DNA of 64,000 nucleotides from IMG/VR virus record IMGVR_UViG_3300050821_002957, positions 1 to 64,000 of that record; one strand, 5' to 3'. Shown piece by piece: positions 61,641 to 64,000 of this stretch (position 1 is its first letter; each line of letters starts with the position of its first letter). The notes under the pieces were generated by a model. It saw only the letters and a program-made list of their open reading frames with translations, ran no database searches and was not told where the DNA came from. The position numbers and the translations under genes were made by a program.

Positions 61641-61680
61641 AGATGTATCTATTGACATTGGTGACTGGGTTTGGTAAGAT
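61640..61680 (+). promoter_or_regulatory. Early promoter with palindrome (copy 7)
   Basis: TAGATGTATCTA-TTGACA-17 nt-TAAGAT. Confidence 0.85.
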
Positions 61681-61686
61681 TGGATT

Positions 61687-62145
61687 ATGCAAACGACACA
61701 TTTCCCCGCTCCTCCGAAATCGATCCCGGCTCATCTCCTCCCCAAAACAAAAATGACCAAACGAGACCGAGAGTTTCAAGTCATCTACAATGAGGCTCGA
61801 ATCGCTGGCCTAGAGGCCGGTCGTACTTGCGGTGTCGTGCCAATGGTTGTCGAGCAGCACGCCAACCCCGCAAATGATGCATCACCAGTTACACAGTCAT
61901 GGTTCGTCGAGGGCGGCGTCTGCGGTTTCGCCTGGATCAAAATCAAACCGGCAAATTCTCCCTTTGCAAATTGGCTGAAGAAAAACGGCCATGTTCGACC
62001 GGGCGCAGCGTATGACGGTGGCGTCAATGTGTGGGTGAAAGATTTCGGCCAGTCCATGCAGCGCAAAGAGGCATTTGCTTATGCCTTCGCCGACGTGTTG
62101 AACAAAGCTGGAATCAAGGCTTACGCCCAAAGTCGGATGGACTAA
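61687..62145 (+). CDS. Conserved hypothetical phage protein
   Basis: GVCGFAWIKI...FGQSMQRKEAFAYAFADVLN.AGIKAY.QSRMD. Confidence 0.75.
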   Translation: MQTTHFPAPPKSIPAHLLPKTKMTKRDREFQVIYNEARIAGLEAGRTCGVVPMVVEQHANPANDASPVTQSWFVEGGVCGFAWIKIKPANSPFANWLKKNGHVRPGAAYDGGVNVWVKDFGQSMQRKEAFAYAFADVLNKAGIKAYAQSRMD

Positions 62146-62146
62146 T

Positions 62147-62680
62147 ATGGACCTCGAAAAAGCATTCTTTGCCATTCAAGATCAACTTCGTATCGCCGAG
62201 ATGGAATACACCAAAACTCAACTTGGTCTCCGTCAAGAGGTTGAACGAAACATCAATCGCTTCATGGCTACTCTTGACATCACGAAAACTGTCGCCGATC
62301 TACGTGAGGCCCATGTCAAAGCGGGAAAACTCATGATTGAAGAGAAGGAACGCAAAGCACAGGCCGGGGAAAATGCACCGTACCCAATCGGCACCAAAAT
62401 GAAATGCACGAAACTAGTTCGTCGTCATGGTCGTTATCGTGGCGACGAAACTACGATCTACGGCGTCGTCGAAGGCGTGACTCGTGATACAGTTTTGCCT
62501 ATGACAATGGGATGCCGGTCGTGGCGTAAACCAGCCATCGGCAGCTACATCGTTCGTATTCTGAAAGCTGATGGGACACCTGGGAAAAATTTTGAAGAAC
62601 TTTATGATCGCTGGACTCCGATGGACGAAACCATCCAGCGCAACGTGCCGGTTCTTCAAGTCACAGAGGAAATGCTTTAA
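62147..62680 (+). CDS. Hypothetical protein
   Basis: 177 aa; coiled N-terminus. Confidence 0.7.
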   Translation: MDLEKAFFAIQDQLRIAEMEYTKTQLGLRQEVERNINRFMATLDITKTVADLREAHVKAGKLMIEEKERKAQAGENAPYPIGTKMKCTKLVRRHGRYRGDETTIYGVVEGVTRDTVLPMTMGCRSWRKPAIGSYIVRILKADGTPGKNFEELYDRWTPMDETIQRNVPVLQVTEEML

Positions 62681-62682
62681 CT

Positions 62683-62889
62683 ATGACACCAGCACTTACC
62701 GAATACCTTAAGACCGATTATCTGACCATTCTCGATCATCCGGCGCTTTCTCTCGACATGAAAGTCGGCTACCTGATGGCCGTCGTCAACATCGATCCGG
62801 CTGCACACGGAGCGTCTCATCTACCTTTACGGGAACTTGCAAAGGCTATGAGAACGTTCGTCAGTGCATACACGACAGGAAGCTGGTAA
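62683..62889 (+). CDS. Hypothetical protein
   Basis: 68 aa. Confidence 0.55.
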   Translation: MTPALTEYLKTDYLTILDHPALSLDMKVGYLMAVVNIDPAAHGASHLPLRELAKAMRTFVSAYTTGSW

Positions 62890-62890
62890 A

Positions 62891-63127
62891 ATGCTACTTC
62901 ATTCCGAATTACAAGGCACACACGACGCCTACGGCCCAGCCATGACGATTCAGGAAATGCTTGACCTCCTGAGATCAATTCCACGGCAGGCTCGTCAAAA
63001 TTACTTGTCGATGGTGGACAAAGATGGTAACATTGTCGATGTCACCGGGCTGCATTTTGCCCAGAGCGACCAAGCAGAGAAGTGGGAATTCAAAGTTTAC
63101 GTCGTGACATCAAACAGCAAGGAATGA
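62891..63127 (+). CDS. Hypothetical protein
   Basis: ATG 62891, 1 nt after upstream stop. Confidence 0.55.
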   Translation: MLLHSELQGTHDAYGPAMTIQEMLDLLRSIPRQARQNYLSMVDKDGNIVDVTGLHFAQSDQAEKWEFKVYVVTSNSKE

Positions 63128-63128
63128 C

Positions 63129-63602
63129 ATGAAAAAATTATCCAAAGTCCATCTGAACAATCGAGACATCGTTACGGCAGCATTGCGTGAAACCTTACAG
63201 ACGTTCACTGAGGCGGTCGGTGAATACAATACAGAAGAGCAAGAGGCATTTGAGGTTCTTCAGACTGCCATCACTGCCTACAATGAACGCATGGTCGAAG
63301 CCTGGGAAAAGGTCGAAACAGCACAGACGGCGCACAACGAATCGATAGACGCCGCCAATGAGTGGATGGGCCAGATTGTTTCAGACATCGACGAATACAT
63401 GTCGGGCAAGTCTGAAAAATGGCAAGACGGTGACGCAGCACAGGCGTACTCTGAATGGAAAGCTGCGTTTGAAGAAGACCTCGAACAAGAAGACATGGAA
63501 CAACCGGAACAAATCGAAATCGAACAACCGGATGAACTCTCTCTTAACAGCGACGAAGATCCGGCTGATAAACTGGAACAACTACCCGAAGAATTGGGAT
63601 GA
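63129..63602 (+). CDS. Acidic coiled-coil hypothetical protein
   Basis: 157 aa, E/D/Q-rich. Confidence 0.7.
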   Translation: MKKLSKVHLNNRDIVTAALRETLQTFTEAVGEYNTEEQEAFEVLQTAITAYNERMVEAWEKVETAQTAHNESIDAANEWMGQIVSDIDEYMSGKSEKWQDGDAAQAYSEWKAAFEEDLEQEDMEQPEQIEIEQPDELSLNSDEDPADKLEQLPEELG

Positions 63603-63739
63603 TCTTTCAGAAGAGAAAAGACGGTCTGATTGAAGCCATCATTGCCTGGAAGAGCTATATTGTCGTTGGATATGGCTCTTCGGAAGAAAAGGCAGCGCTT
63701 AATGCATACCGAGCGATTTGCAACTCCATACTTGATTGA
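63599..63739 (+). CDS. Small hypothetical protein (46 aa, not in track)
   Basis: MIFQKRKDGLIEAIIAWKSY...; ATGA overlap. Confidence 0.5.
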   Translation: MIFQKRKDGLIEAIIAWKSYIVVGYGSSEEKAALNAYRAICNSILD

Positions 63740-63761
63740 CAAAAATCCAATCAATGCGACA

Positions 63762-63768
63762 CTAAATA
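63762..63768 (+). promoter_or_regulatory. Late promoter CTAAATA
   Basis: 7 nt before GTG 63776. Confidence 0.55.
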
Positions 63769-63775
63769 CGCATTG

Positions 63776-64000
63776 GTGGATGATCGCATACGTCAAAAAC
63801 TCGCTAATCTAGTTCGTCTGGCGAAGCGACCCGGTAACCCTCATGAGGGCGAAGCCGCTCGACTTGCTGCTATTCGACTGTCTCTGAAATATGGGATAGC
63901 GTGTGAATTTACTGCAAGCGGTACAAATCATACCAGTACTCGACCCACAGCGAGTGCGCCGCCGCAAAGTTCGACACAGGAGACCCCTGTTTCTGACGAT
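63776..64000 (+). CDS. Partial DUF2786-like protein
   Basis: RIRQKLANLVRLA.RPGNPHEGEAARLAA.RL.LKYGI; runs off the window. Confidence 0.6.
   Translation, partial: MDDRIRQKLANLVRLAKRPGNPHEGEAARLAAIRLSLKYGIACEFTASGTNHTSTRPTASAPPQSSTQETPVSDD

Noticed and set aside
1-64000. Stop-codon reassignment suggested by a phage release factor
   Set aside because: Conserved genes end in TAA (g23, g18), TGA (g17) and TAG (ku) at expected lengths, none except the RF is interrupted, and no suppressor tRNA was found.
1-64000. CRISPR array
   Set aside because: No repeat-spacer periodicity; the repeated 17-mers are dispersed promoter elements and the 15 bp repeats are contiguous coding repeats.

Overview
64 kb segment of a large T4-like myovirus genome. 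1-18.9 kb (+) holds short early/accessory genes driven by sigma70-type promoters, six of them (plus one at 61.6 kb) preceded by a TAGATRYATCTA-type palindrome. Within it is a translation-related island (about 2.6-10.5 kb): NADAR, YhaM-like HD protein, YqeY, nine tRNA genes (4 Arg, 2 Lys, 2 atypical Ile-anticodon, 1 Val), an Arg/Lys-rich leader ORF overlapping a hairpin, and an RF1-type (PxT, GGQ) release factor split by a prfB-style CTT-TGA +1 frameshift cassette that the ORF track misses. 18.9-60 kb (-) is the late morphogenesis block: g23, g22, g21, core proteins, g20, g19, g18, g17, an 18.5 kb island of virion/fibre genes in six three-member paralog families, then g16, g15 and g14. It uses CTAAATA late promoters and includes a PAS + SprT two-gene unit and several homing-endonuclease-like genes. 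60-64 kb (+) encodes KptA/Tpt1, Ku and more early genes. All family assignments are by motif recognition by eye; no database searches were run, so novelty is unverified.
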